Made by a program: the position numbers and the translations under genes
Origin: Azolla caroliniana
Lineage: Eukaryota > Plantae > Polypodiophyta
Assembly (NCBI GenBank): GCA_043228905.1
Contig: JBHGNT010000002.1
Span: 24,614,001-24,678,000 of the forward strand
DNA: 64,000 bases
Direction of reading: 5' to 3'
Shown here: positions 12,994-25,800 of the stretch, in pieces
How the letters are laid out: each line of letters starts with the position of its first letter
How positions within the stretch are numbered: position 1 is the first letter of the stretch
Notes under the pieces: generated by a model
The model's database searches: none
Seen by the model: the letters and a program-made list of their open reading frames with translations, nothing else
Told to the model about the DNA's origin: nothing

Positions 12994-15166
12994 ACACCTA
13001 CCATATATTTAGGCATTTTGAGTTTTCAAAGCCTAGCTTATATATATTTTCCTCTCGTTATAATGGCATTTTCCAACCTCTCTAGCGCATTTCCATTACC
13101 AATTAAAATCATTGCGACAACTCAAAACAATACCAATGATTTATGTTTGGTTTCTCCCTAACTAGCACAACATAAACAATTGAACATTACAAAAATTGTG
13201 AGCTAGTCCAACCCGATCTCATTACCCATCTTTGTCAATGTCTTTATGTACTATCCTATCCTCTTCTTCATACCTAATAATAATGTGAACTAATCTTTAA
13301 ACCTCACCATCTAGCCAACCTTTGATACATGTTTATAAATATTTTAAGCTCATCTTGGTTGTTGATTTTAGACTTCCTCTTTTTTCTCAAATGTAATTAT
13401 TAGTCGCTCTCTCACTCTCACTCTCTCTCAAAGGTTGAGCTCATATGTTTATGCCTTATTCACGCATAGAGACTTGGTGCTTCGAAGTATGAATATCCCT
13501 TCTTAGGAAGGAGACACACATCAAGAAAAATTTTGTACTTGGGTTCCATGAGTCAATATTGGCCTCTCTCTCTCTCTCTCTCAAAGTATTCTATGTATTA
13601 CACTAATATCACCATTGATAATATAGAAAACCCTTGTTGTCACAACTAGATTGGGTTGCCACATTCTAGCTGCTCAAACCGCCCGAGAGCCGGCTGCTAC
13701 AAAGGTCTGGCACACATTTCAAGTTCCTCCCACAATAATCACCAAGTTTTGGTAGAAAATCTAGAAACAACAACACACGAGGCGAGTTACCACGTTCCAA
13801 TGGCTATTAATACATAAGTCCCTATTGGTGGGAGCATGGCAACGTGGGAACCTTAGCTCTCCTAATTGTGTAGAGTGCCCAAATGCAGTAGAATCAATAC
13901 GACACTATTGTGCACACGCACACGCACACGCGCACGCGCGCGCGCACACACACACACAACCCTTGTCTTCTTAGCTAAGAAAATGTTTCAAAAAATTTCG
14001 GATTTTAACAACTTTCAAAAGTTATCATATTAATGCATCAAAGTTTAGCCGAATCAATTGCAATTTATCCACTAGTGCTATGCTTGGGTAGTGTAGTATC
14101 ACGTCAACTTCATAGTTTGAAAATGCATGTTGGCCAAGAATTTGTGGCGTAATCATATGTTGATGATACACTATCCATATGGCAAATTCATCATAATGAT
14201 ATGAGATTGACAATGGATGTTGTCGAATTTTATGGATTAGTTGTTGGATTTCATGTTAACTCTACCTTTGAGATTAGTTGACCAAAGGCTTGGGGAAATC
14301 ATTTTGTTCTTTGGATAGATCCATATGCCGTATCAAGGAATTCCTATTTCCTAAAATAGGTAGGATTGTGGGTTGGATTGATCACAATAAGTAGTAATGA
14401 TCAGTACTACTTTGTCTCTCATCGTCCCTAATTTTGGGGTAATTAATTGTCCTATTGTAATATACCTAATGTAGCTTAAACCACCATTGCTAATCAAAAT
14501 TTGAGCTACAAAAAACCTTTAGTTGCAATAAATTGACTTTGTAGTTACCTCACTCCATGCATACCAACATGAGATACCAATGTATCATACACCCATATCA
14601 CCACTCATCCCATGGCATCCTCATCTTTAGAAACATTGTTATGGGCTTTCTTTCTCTCAATTCACTTGCTTTACCCCTCTCTCCAACCAGAATTGTGTCA
14701 CTGAAATATATCTTTGTAATGGTAATCCATTGCCTTTAAAATAATTGCAACTATTAGTCTTATCCTTCAGCTGGCGCTTCTAATTTATCATGATTATGTC
14801 AATCATGCAAATAAATATCTCATAACCTTGTTACTGGTTTCCAAACCCAAAAAAAATATGCTCCATAAGGCCTTTTGACATTTGTTTCCTCTTTAAGGGA
14901 ATTCCCAACTAAAAGTATATCTACGAAACGAACATTTCTTTGAAAGGAAGGATTAGAGAGAAAAATATAATTAAATGAAAACCACATCATACAATATGTT
15001 ACAACATAACTTTCTACGAAGATATTCATAGCTCTACAAATCCATATAATACATACACAACACCTTTATGGTTCAATTTGATTCACCATGGCTCCAAAGA
15101 TCCTTCTGCATCTGATTCCACCCATGGGATGAAACATGTGTAATGTATAGCTTCCAAAACCACCCT

Positions 15167-18100
15167 TCAAGTTGTCAAGATCGCCGGCAAGTTTGTTTGT
15201 TTCCCCATAATAGAAACCTTTGTGTCAGGGAAGTAAGGCTCCCCCGGGATCTCGGTAACCATCCCATCACTGGTGACCTCAATAGGGTACCTAAGCAAAT
15301 GCCCAGGTAGATCTACGACCTCAGGTCCGGAAAAGAGATCCCAAAGTTCATTAGCCACTTGTCGGACATATCTCACGCATTGCAAGCTCCACGGCTCTAA
15401 GAAGCAATCATCGAGGCGGCCAAGGTGTTCATACCATAGACTCATTCTGAATCCATGGACTTGCCCTTTAGGTGCATTTCCTTCCTTCCATGTGTGTGAT
15501 GGTTGGTATGCTCCCACCGCCATCTCCGTGTCTCTCCCTCCGTCCATCGATCTCTGGTTTATGTTGGCCGACCCAACTATGATATACTCATCGTCCACTG
15601 CATGATTTAAGCAAAATGAAAACATGTTTAATCGTAGAAAAGCACAAAAACTGTCTATCCATCCTTGAGCATCTTCAATGCATCAGAAAAGCAGAAACTA
15701 TATGCATCAATGTGGTTCTATGCACAACAAAAATATCCATCCTCCATAAACATCTTCAATACATAAAGGAGGCAGGATATGCATCCATGAATGAGCATCT
15801 TCAAATACATCACAGTTTGACAGTGCCAATCTGTGAGAGCACTTACACAGCACAATGCTCAAAAGAAAATTGCAATGAGGAGGATATCATCAATACATTA
15901 AGAAAAGCACAAATAATACCCAGAAATCGACACAGGAGCATCTTCAATGCATCCAAAAGGCACAATATCAAACTGTCCATCAATGAGCATTTTCAATGCA
16001 TTGGAATATCAGAACGCAATGGCCAAAAGAAAAGCACAAACAATAACCAGCAATTGACACAGGAGCGTCTTCAATGCATCCAAAAGGCACACTATCAAAC
16101 TGTCCATCAATGAGCATTTTCAATGCATTGGAATATCAGAAAGCAAATCGCATAGAAAAAATTCTAGTATGCAGAAAACTGAAAACACAAGACGAATATA
16201 GAGAAGACCAGAGCATCTTCAATGCATAAACAATACGAATGGCAATAAAGAATTGGATGTCTCACCTATCATCATCTTAGAATGCACATAAATCATGAAG
16301 CGGCGATTCTCCAGTGCGAGTTTATGGTGAAGAGACAAGTCCGAAACTGGCTGTGGTGGCCCCTCATCAGGAAGTCTAGTCTCTCTGTTTCCAAGACAGA
16401 AAAAGCAAAGATAGTCAGTGGGCGATTCTGCCCGGCCAGCAGCTCGTAGAGCAATTGTGATTCGCTTATACATCATCTCCATGGTCCTCCTTTGCCAATC
16501 AAGAATAGATTGTGTGGCATCAGAGTCTGGTAGGCCCTCCGGATACATAGGAATAACAATATAGGCAACAAAACGCTCCCCGGCCTCAATCTTGCTCACA
16601 ATCTTGAGGGTGATCTCCATTGGGATAAGATGCAAGCATCCGGCCTCTTGCATCGCATCCCATGCATAAGAACTACCTAAGAAATATTGGTTCTCGATGT
16701 AAATGAAATGATTTGCGCGGCGGATGGACTGAATGTATGCATCTTGGATGCTCCTTTCGATAACTTTGTCTTTCCCACTAACAAGGCCCATATCAGCAAC
16801 GTCTTTAGGAGTGTCAGGAAAGCCGAAAGCTGCACCGGCATCAATGGATCGGAAAAGTTGGGCATTCCAACTCCCTGTATCTTCCTTAGCATCATCGTTG
16901 GCATTAGCTGGAAGAAGGCCTTCAGCCTTGGCTAGATCAACAAGCACTTTGGCAACCCCTTGCTTATTCCACCTTTGCGTGAAGTTAAAAACAACATCCC
17001 AGGCTATGGAACCTTCGAGCTGGCAGTGTATATCATGCCATGGTTGCCTAGGGCCACCGCTAGCAAGAGAAGCAGTTCTTAGGCAGTTTTGGTAGAAATC
17101 ACGTGAATGCTCAGCATTTAGTGTGCGAAATAGCGAATGTCTTTGATCATCGAATCGTCCATCGCAGACATCAATCCCTCCTATGAAACTAACAACCTTT
17201 CTGGCATCTGAATGTGGAGCATACTCAACATCAACTGAAATAAGCTTCTGATGGTGGGTGAACATGGTAGAGATTTGGAAGCCTTGAACTGCACTCACTG
17301 TTTCATCAGCTAAGCGTGGACATAACAAGCATTTCACTTTAGATTTGCGGAAGAAATTCATCGTACTTTCATCATGTGTTCCCATGATGCCCTGTTGTTT
17401 AACTAAACCGATGGAAGTCCGATCATCCCAAACTAGTAAAGCCACACACACTCCTTCTTCTGCCTTCCTTTTCAAAAGATCTCCAAGAGTCTCTGACACT
17501 GTATCCCCATAACGCAAGAGTGAAATCTTCGTATAAACCGACCATCCAGCAATGTAAATGAAGATCTTTGCATTTGATATGGCCTCATACATATCCTTCC
17601 AGCAACATGAAGGCTGAAAAAGCTGGTCACCAGATAAATGAATCTTGGGTAGAAACCCATCTTGCATATCGGCATCCTGATAGAGCTTTACATGACAATC
17701 TTTACGGGCACTGAAAAAAGCATGTCGAAGGGTCCATCCATCGTCATAGTCTTTTTGAACCTTGAAAAACTGAAGACTGACCTCCACCATACCTCCTCCT
17801 TTGACTTTGGATCCATTATCATTGTATAGGTCATGCATACCTTCAACTTTCTCTCCGGAGAGCAAAGATTTCACAGGTATTTTGGCCTTACCTATAACAT
17901 GTGAACCCACAAGGTCATCATCCTTGATAGAGATAACGACCTCAGAAGCATAATGTGCACAATAAATTTGGACGCTTTCATGCCACTCTGGATTCTTAGT
18001 CTCCAGTTCCACCATATGGGTTCGACTGACCCGGGCATTTCCCAAGTCCACAGTGGCATACAACCTGCTGGGTCCTCTACCCATATGCACGGTTTGTTCT

Positions 18101-19341
18101 ATGAGGCCCACAACCTGGAAACACGTGACAAAATAGAAAGTTTTATCACATGCATACATGTCAAATCTACAGAATCCATCATCACATCACAATGAAAGAT
18201 CCAACATTGTTCCATTGTTTAAAAGAGCATTCAAAGAAAGACCATCAAATGACACAGATCAACCTACATCACTAATCATTGTTCTGATGATTCTAATATG
18301 AGCATTCAAAGAGAGAATGTCAAATGAGACAGATCAACCTATATCACTCATTATCATTCTGATGATTATAATATGGGCATTCAAGAAAGGTCCACAAATT
18401 TGTGAAACAAATTCACAGGGCCTATCACTGTTTCATTGATTAATTCAGCACTCAAAGAAAGAGCAATAAAATACATGGTCAAATCTAGAAGATAAATGAA
18501 TATCCCATTGAATATATAGGTATCCTATAAATACTCACAAAATATAGCAATAAAATCTCATTACTCATCAGATTTCCACTGATAATAACGGATCTAAAAC
18601 ATACGCCATTCGGGTTCTTTTGATCAATTGGGCAGTCAAAGAATGATATACGAATTTACATGTAAAACTCATCATCTTCCCAATGAAAAACCTACCACTG
18701 TTCCATTTATTAATTAAGCATGCAAAGAAAGCCCTGCAAATTGACAAATCAAACATGCATTTACCCATCTTCATTCCAGTGATTGATTGAGAAAATTCAA
18801 AGAGATGTTGGCAAATTTGAGGATCAAATCTACCTTACCCATCAAGTGGAGTACGATGGCACTAATAGCCACAGAAATTTATCAAAATCTGCATTATCCA
18901 TCATTACGTTACTGATTAATTGAGCATTCAAAGAAAGAACCACAAATATATAGATCAAATTTACGTTATTCATTGGCATCATCCCATAGACTAGTTGAAT
19001 AACTCAAAGATAAAACCACAAAGATTTAGAGTTCAAATCAACAGGACAACTTCATCATCCCATTGATAATTTGGGAATTGAAAGAAACAAGCTCGAAGTA
19101 CACAGATTCCATGAAAGGCACACAAGAATCGTTTTTGTTAAATAATTAGGAAACCGAAAGAAAACCCCGACAAATGTACAGGTACCAAAATCAAGACCGA
19201 AACATGCTGTACTTGATGAGAGTGTTACCCTACCCGTCGAAACATTTTGGGAGCGTTCCCAGTGAGCCGAAATTCATTAACCAACTTCTGTGCTTTAATG
19301 ATAGTGCAATGAAGTGTACCATGAAGAAGATGCTGCTCCAT
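15167..19341 (-). CDS. PLD: Phospholipase D alpha-type (C2-PLD), copy A (~795 aa). Exons 19341-19234, 18114-16266, 15597-15167
   Basis: Exon 1 reads [15 protein letters not shown], typical of PLDalpha. C2 domain, two HKD motifs ([16 protein letters not shown]), [10 protein letters not shown] and GSANINQRS are present. Junctions are GT-AG and in phase, and the 3-exon layout is typical of PLDalpha. Confidence 0.94.
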
Positions 19342-19351
19342 GGATCCTCTT

Positions 19352-19440
19352 CTTCTATTTCTTCTTCTTCTTCTTCTTCTTCTTCTTCTTCTCCTCCTCT
19401 TCTTCTTTATCTTCTTCTTTATCTTCTTCCTCTGCTTCTA
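19352..19440. repeat. (TCT)n / (GAA)n tract in the 5' UTR of PLD copy A
   Basis: Directly visible. A shorter homologous tract lies at ~27608-27645 in copy B. Confidence 0.85.
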
Positions 19441-21250
19441 AAGAAGAACAGAGCAAACAAAGCACACATCCGATTCTTTTGTGCATGATGAGGCCAAACA
19501 TCCTTTATAAAGCTCCGAGTGAATAGTAGTCAAGAAAGAGAAAACAAATCGAAGAAGCTCAGAGTTTGACCTGTATCTTGTCTGTTTCGAATGAGTACGA
19601 CATTTGGGAAATGCATTAATTAGGTCCAAGTTGCTCCAACCCTATCACCATCGTAGTTATGCAGTCAACTTTGGTAGATCCAACACTGTTAATTCCATGG
19701 AAACCCTAGCGATTTCCATGGATCAATCTGAGTATGTATTAGGGTCTAAGTCTAGATATGTATCCAACTATAGTCATTGCATCCAAAAATCAAGAGATTC
19801 CCCAATCCTATTGATCGCATTGACATAAGAATGCAATGATGCTTATGAATCCGCTAATTTCGTATCGTCCGGATATGAATGCAATCTACTCGAATACATG
19901 ATTGATTAAGCTCATTGAATTGCATTAATTTGTGTATGTGATGTACTCAAATGCACAATTAACTTCATTGAATTCTGTTAATTTGTGTATGTGATGTATT
20001 TGTGTTAATTTGTACATTGGTCAATCATATGTAAACGAAACATGAAAACCTTGTCTTTCTTGGAGAGATGGTCAATCACTATGTGTTGAGAGTCAAGACC
20101 ATCAAGTAGTGAGCCTGATTCATGGGAACTTTACCTTTTTGCCAAAGCTTTTTGTCAATCATGCATACTCCAAATACATAGTTTAGTTTGACATGGTCAC
20201 TTCTCGTTGTATTATATTAGGACCAAGTTGTGATGGATACTTGAAATATATATATATATATATATTTGTTTATTTAGTTTGACATGGTCAATTGCCATTA
20301 TATTAGGATCAAATTGTGAGACTCAATCATTCGTTTACCAATTGGTTTCTATATTTTCAATGATTGATGTTTGCATTAAATGAATATGCAATGGAAACTT
20401 TTCTATAGCTAACAAAACCGTCCCATGTGCCATGGGTCAACCCAACTTTGATCAAAAGAAATGCCCCTTCATTTTTGGGTCTAATCACATTTAACTCAAT
20501 CCCTAAAAGGTTTCATATTAAAGGTCCTTGGGGGCTAGAAGGCCTTGACCTCCAACCAAAACATGGGGAGTTTTGGGAGGTTTTGCACTATATATGAGGG
20601 CCTCATTTCGAGCTGTTTGGCACTAAACCTAGATATACTTAACGAGGCTTGATGACGTATACCTCTTATATAAACTGCAAAGTGGCATGGTTGTAAAGAG
20701 AGTATGTTCATGATTTTTGTCGGATTTTCGTTTTGCTCAAGTTCACTTATCAAGCTTCAATGACATGGCTTGTTATTGTAGATATAGTCTTGGACCGCAT
20801 CATTGACCATATTGAATAAAGTGACACAATTCGCAATATCCTCATGGTTTCAACATGTAAATGCTTTGTCGCACTTACAAAAAATCACAATCATGGTGTA
20901 AAAAATGGGCTTATGAGTAAATGGGGCTCATGTCTTCCAGTTAAGCAAAGGGTATTTCTATTGAGATGCTTATTAGGTTTTATGGCTAGTTGAACATACT
21001 CGAATCATATGTTCTTTTGTGACTCTTTTAAGTGTGATAATTTTATCTTCAAGCATCATTGCATATATATGTTGACTACAACATATTTTCACATATTCTA
21101 ATTATAACATCATGATTATGTCTACCATGCACATTGATATCTCTTAACCATTTTACTAATATTCATGCCCCCAAAAACGAATGTGCCCTCCATGAGGTCT
21201 TTTGACCTTTGTTTCCGGGTCTTTAAGGGAATTCCCAAATATAAGCATCT

Positions 21251-22625
21251 CAAGGAATTTGCAATCATTCGGTTTGAGCCGAAACAAATTGTGAAACTAT
21301 GGGGCAAAGGCAATCCACTTGATTTGGTCCAAGTTTAGATCTTTGATGGGAGGGCGATGAATAGCATACGAAGCGTGATCATTGTTATTTAAGACCAATG
21401 TCACTCCAATGAAACACCAACTGAGTTAGATATTTCATAAAAAATTCGTATTTTTGCTTCTTCCTAGTACAAGCCTACATCACCGTGAGAAATCATATAG
21501 TGGTTACTTATTTCCAAAATCCAAGAGTCATCGGAGGAAGTGTAAGTGTAGGTCAAGCCACATTGACTTACTTTTATCATTTGCATACCTTTGTATTGCC
21601 ACTACTTACTACCGTTTCTATGCTAACGCATTTCTTGATGATCCACAAACAAGGCAGTTCAGGTTCTCTTTAGCACTCACAAAAAAATTCTACTAATTCT
21701 TGGGTCATCAAATGACCTTAATTCGTAATTCTTTACAAGGCTACTTTTCCATTGTTGTCAGTGCTTATCATTGAAATAGATGAAGAGATATCTAGCGGAT
21801 TTAATTTGTGTATTAGATTATAGGGATAAATATATTGAATGAAGCATTGGAAGAATTTTTTTTGAATTATGGGAGTGTGTGACTTATTCCAAGTCAGGGA
21901 TAAAATCTTTATATCTTCATCGAAAATCGATCTTGATATTCTCCCATTGGCTCATTTTGGCATCTTTGCACCTGGAATCACTTGCTTGTTGGTAGGATGA
22001 TCACTTGCCCATCTTGAGGGAGATATAAGTTCTTTTTTTTCAAGTGGCACAATTGGGGCCCATGATACTCCATCCTAAGTATATAGGCAAAAAAAGGTTT
22101 TTTGGTACTACTATTCCGAAGAAAGATTTACTTGCAAAAGAGGCGTGGGTTTACTTGCCAGATCATGAGAAAATCCTATGCAAAGAGGGGTAATTTATTG
22201 ATAACCCCCTTGGTAATGATTGATCGTAGGCGAGGAGGGAATCAAACCCCCTCTAATTTTTTCGTGTGGAATAAATGTACATGGTTTAGTTTGGGGGTTT
22301 AAGTGTTCATTTTGAGCCTTTGTAAGCTTGAATATGGCTTCATGACTTGACGACTTAAAACCTCGATAGCTTAACAATTTAATAGTTTCGGGGGAACTTT
22401 TTGAACTACCTATTGAATATATAAATCGTGGCTTAACAATTTGTACATCTCTTTTGGTTTGATCTTGAAACATCTTCAAATGATTTGGCTTGAGCAACTT
22501 CCGTTTTAATGGTTTTGGTTTGAAGTTTCATAGTTCGGTCTGGTTCTAATTTTCAAAAGTTTGGAACAGTTTTAAATTTGAGGCACGCTCAAACCGAACC
22601 GAGCAAATGGCCATCACGAACCTTG
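21251..22625. mobile_element. Probable non-autonomous hAT-like TIR element downstream of PLD copy B, containing the NUPT
   Basis: Absent from the homologous position of copy A (~14930). Left end CAAGG...TTCGGTTTGAGC; right end GCTCAAACCGAACC...GAACCTTG, which is inverted. TSD is only degenerate. Confidence 0.4.
21533..21890 (+). pseudogene. petB: Nuclear plastid DNA (NUPT): petB 3' end, petB-petD spacer, petD exon 1 and start of the group II intron
   Basis: [45 protein letters not shown] (stop at 21673) matches the cytochrome b6 C-terminus. The 8-nt petD exon 1 ATGGGAGT is at 21869-21876, followed by the group II 5' end GTGTGACTT. Confidence 0.9.
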
Positions 22626-22817
22626 AACATCATGTGTGTGTATATATCAAGGTTTTTGTGGAAGGACAATTAAGGAATAGCATAGACTTAAATGAGAACC
22701 ACATAATACAATGTCCCTCTATGTGTATATGTTAACAACATAACTTTGGGCGAAGATATTCATAGGTCCACAAACCCATACATATGCCACACAAAGACTA
22801 TCTCCAGAAACCCGTGG

Positions 22818-25800
22818 TCAAGTTGTCAAAGCATGGGGCAAGAAACGCGATGGTTTCCCCATAATAGAAGCCTTTGTATCGGGGAAGTAAGGCACCCTAG
22901 GGATCTCGGCAACCATTCCATCACGGGTGATCTCAATAGGGTACCTAAGCAAATGCCCAGGTAGATCTACGACCTCGGGGCCGGAAAAGAGATCCCAAAG
23001 TTCATTAGCCACACGTTGGACATATGTCACGCACTTCAGGCTCCATGGCATGAGGAAGCGATTATCGAGGCGCCCAAGGTGCTCGTACCATAGGCTCATT
23101 CGGAATCCATGGACTTGGCCTCGAGGCGGGTTTCCGTGCCTCCATGTGTGTGATGGTTGGTATGCTCCCACCGCCATCTCCGTGTCTCTCCCTCCGTCCA
23201 TCGATCGCTGGTTTATGTTGGCCGACCCAACTATGATATACTCATCGTCCACTGCGCGATTTAAGCCAAATGAGAACATAACCACCTTTAACCATTGGTA
23301 GCCATCCATCCATCCTTGAACTTGACTACAGAAAATATCTCAATGCATCTCCAAGGTGTGCCATATCCATAACAAAAAATCACAAGAATGTCCATCTTTA
23401 ATAAAAGGAAGTCCATCCATCCCTCCCTCCCTGAGCACATACAATCTCTCAATGCATCATCTCCAAGGTTTGCCATATCCATGACAAAAATCACAAGAAT
23501 GTCCATCTTCAATAAGATGGTCCTTCTTGTGATTTCATCATGTACATGGCACACCTGGGAATTGAAGATGGTCCTTGTGATTTCATCATGGATATGGCAC
23601 ACCTCGGAAATGCATTCACAGATTGTCTGTGCTCAGGGATGGATGGATGGATGGAGGATGGACTTCTTTTTGCATTGAAGATGGACATTCTTGTGATTTT
23701 TTGTCATGGATATGGCACACCTTGGAGATGCATTGAGATATTTTCTGTGTTCAAGTTCAAGGATGGATGGATAGACTTCTTTTTGCATGGAAGATGGACA
23801 TTCTTGTGATTTTTGTCATGGATAGGGCACACCTTGGAGATGCATTGAGAGATTGTCTGTGCTCAGGGAGGCATAGATGGATGAACTTCTTTTTGCATTG
23901 AAGATGGACATTCTTGTGATTTTTGTGATGGATATAGCACACCTTGGAGATGATGCATTGAGAGATTGTCTGTGCTCAGGGAGGGATAGATGAATGGACT
24001 TATTTTTGTATTGAAGATGGACATTCTTGTGATTTTTGTCATGGATATGGCACACCTTGGAGATGCATTGGGAGATTTTCTGAGTGCATGCAGCAGAGTA
24101 GGAGCATCTTTCAATGCAAAAGGGAAAGTCATACACCCATCCCTGAGGACAGACAATTTGTGAATGCGTTTCCAAGGTGTGCCATATCCATGACAAAAAA
24201 ACTTGAAAGTTGGCCATCTTCAATGCAAAAAAACAAACCACAATTTGTGTACACCAAAAATGAGTGCATGCAGCAGGGCAGGAGCATCTTTCAATGCCTA
24301 ACCCCACACCAAATTGCAACACAGAATTTGGTGTGCCTCACCTATCATCATCTTGGAATGCACATAGATCATGAAGCGGCGACTCTCCAGTGCAAGTTTA
24401 TGGTGCAGAGACATGTCCGAAACTGGCGGTGCTGGCCCCTCATCAGGATGTCTAGCCTCTCTGTTTCCGAGACAGAAAAAGCAAAGATAGTCAGTGGGTG
24501 ATTCTGTCCTGTGGGCAGCTTGAAGAGCAATTGCGATTCGCTTATACATCATCTCCATGGTTCTCCTTTGCCAATCAAGAATAGATTGTGTGGCACCAGA
24601 GTCTGGTATGCCCTCAGGATACATAGGAATAACAATATAAGCAACAAAACGCTCCCCGGCCTCAATCTTGCTCACAATCTTGAGGGTGATCTCCATTGGG
24701 ATAAGATGCAGGCATCCAGCATCTTGCATAGTATCCCATGCATAGCAACTACCTAAGAAATATTGGTTCTCGATGTAAATGAAATGTTTCGCGTGGCGGA
24801 TGGAATGTATGTATGCATCTTGGATGCTCCTTTCGACGATTTTCCCTTTGTCTCGAGCAAGGCCCCTACTAGCAACCTCCTTAGGGTTGTCAGGAAAGCC
24901 GAAAGCTGCACTTGCATCTATGGATCGGAAAAGTTGCGCATTCCAGCTCTCTGCATCTTGGTTAAGGCCATATTCCATAGCATTAGCTGGAAGAAGGCCT
25001 TCAGCCTTGGCTAGATCAACAAGCACTCTAGCAACCCCTTGCTTCTTCCACCTTTGTTCGAAGTTAAGAACAACGTCCCAGGCTATGGAACCTTCGAGCT
25101 GGCAGTGTATATCATGCCATGGTTGCCTAGGGTCACCACTAGCAAGAGAAGAATTTCTTTGGCAGTTTTGGTAGAAATCGCGTGAATGCTCAGCTTTGAG
25201 TGTGCGAAAGAGCGAATGTCTTTGATCATCGAACCGTCCATCGCAGACATCAATCCCTCCTATGAAACTAACAACCTTTCTGGCATATGAATGTGGAGCA
25301 CACTCAACATCTACTGAAACAAGCTTCTGATGGTGGCTGAACATGCCAGAGATTTGGAAGCCTTGAACTGCAGTCACCACTTCATCAGCTAAGCGTGGAC
25401 ATAATATGCATTTTACTTTAGATTTGTGGAAGAAATTCATGGTATTTTCGTCGTGTGTTTTCATGATTCCCTGTGGTATAACTAAACCGATGGAAGTTGG
25501 ATCATCCCAAACTAGTAATGCCACAGAAACTCCATCTTCAGCCTTCCTTTTCAAGAGATCCCCGAGACTCTCTGCCACTGCATCCCCATCCCGCAAGAGT
25601 GAAATTTCCGTATAAACCGACCATCCGGCAATGTAAATGAAGATCTTTGCATTTGATATGGCCTCATACATATCCTTCCAGCAACATGATGGCTGAAAAA
25701 GCTGACCACCAGATAAATGAATCTTGGGTAGAAACCCATCCTGCATATGGGCATCCTGATAGAGCTTTACACGACAATTTTCACGCGGGCTGAAAGAGGC

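Noticed and set aside
23288-24501. Multiple 60-168-aa ORFs in PLD copy B intron 2
   Set aside because: Products of the minisatellite and of the antisense strand of the exon.
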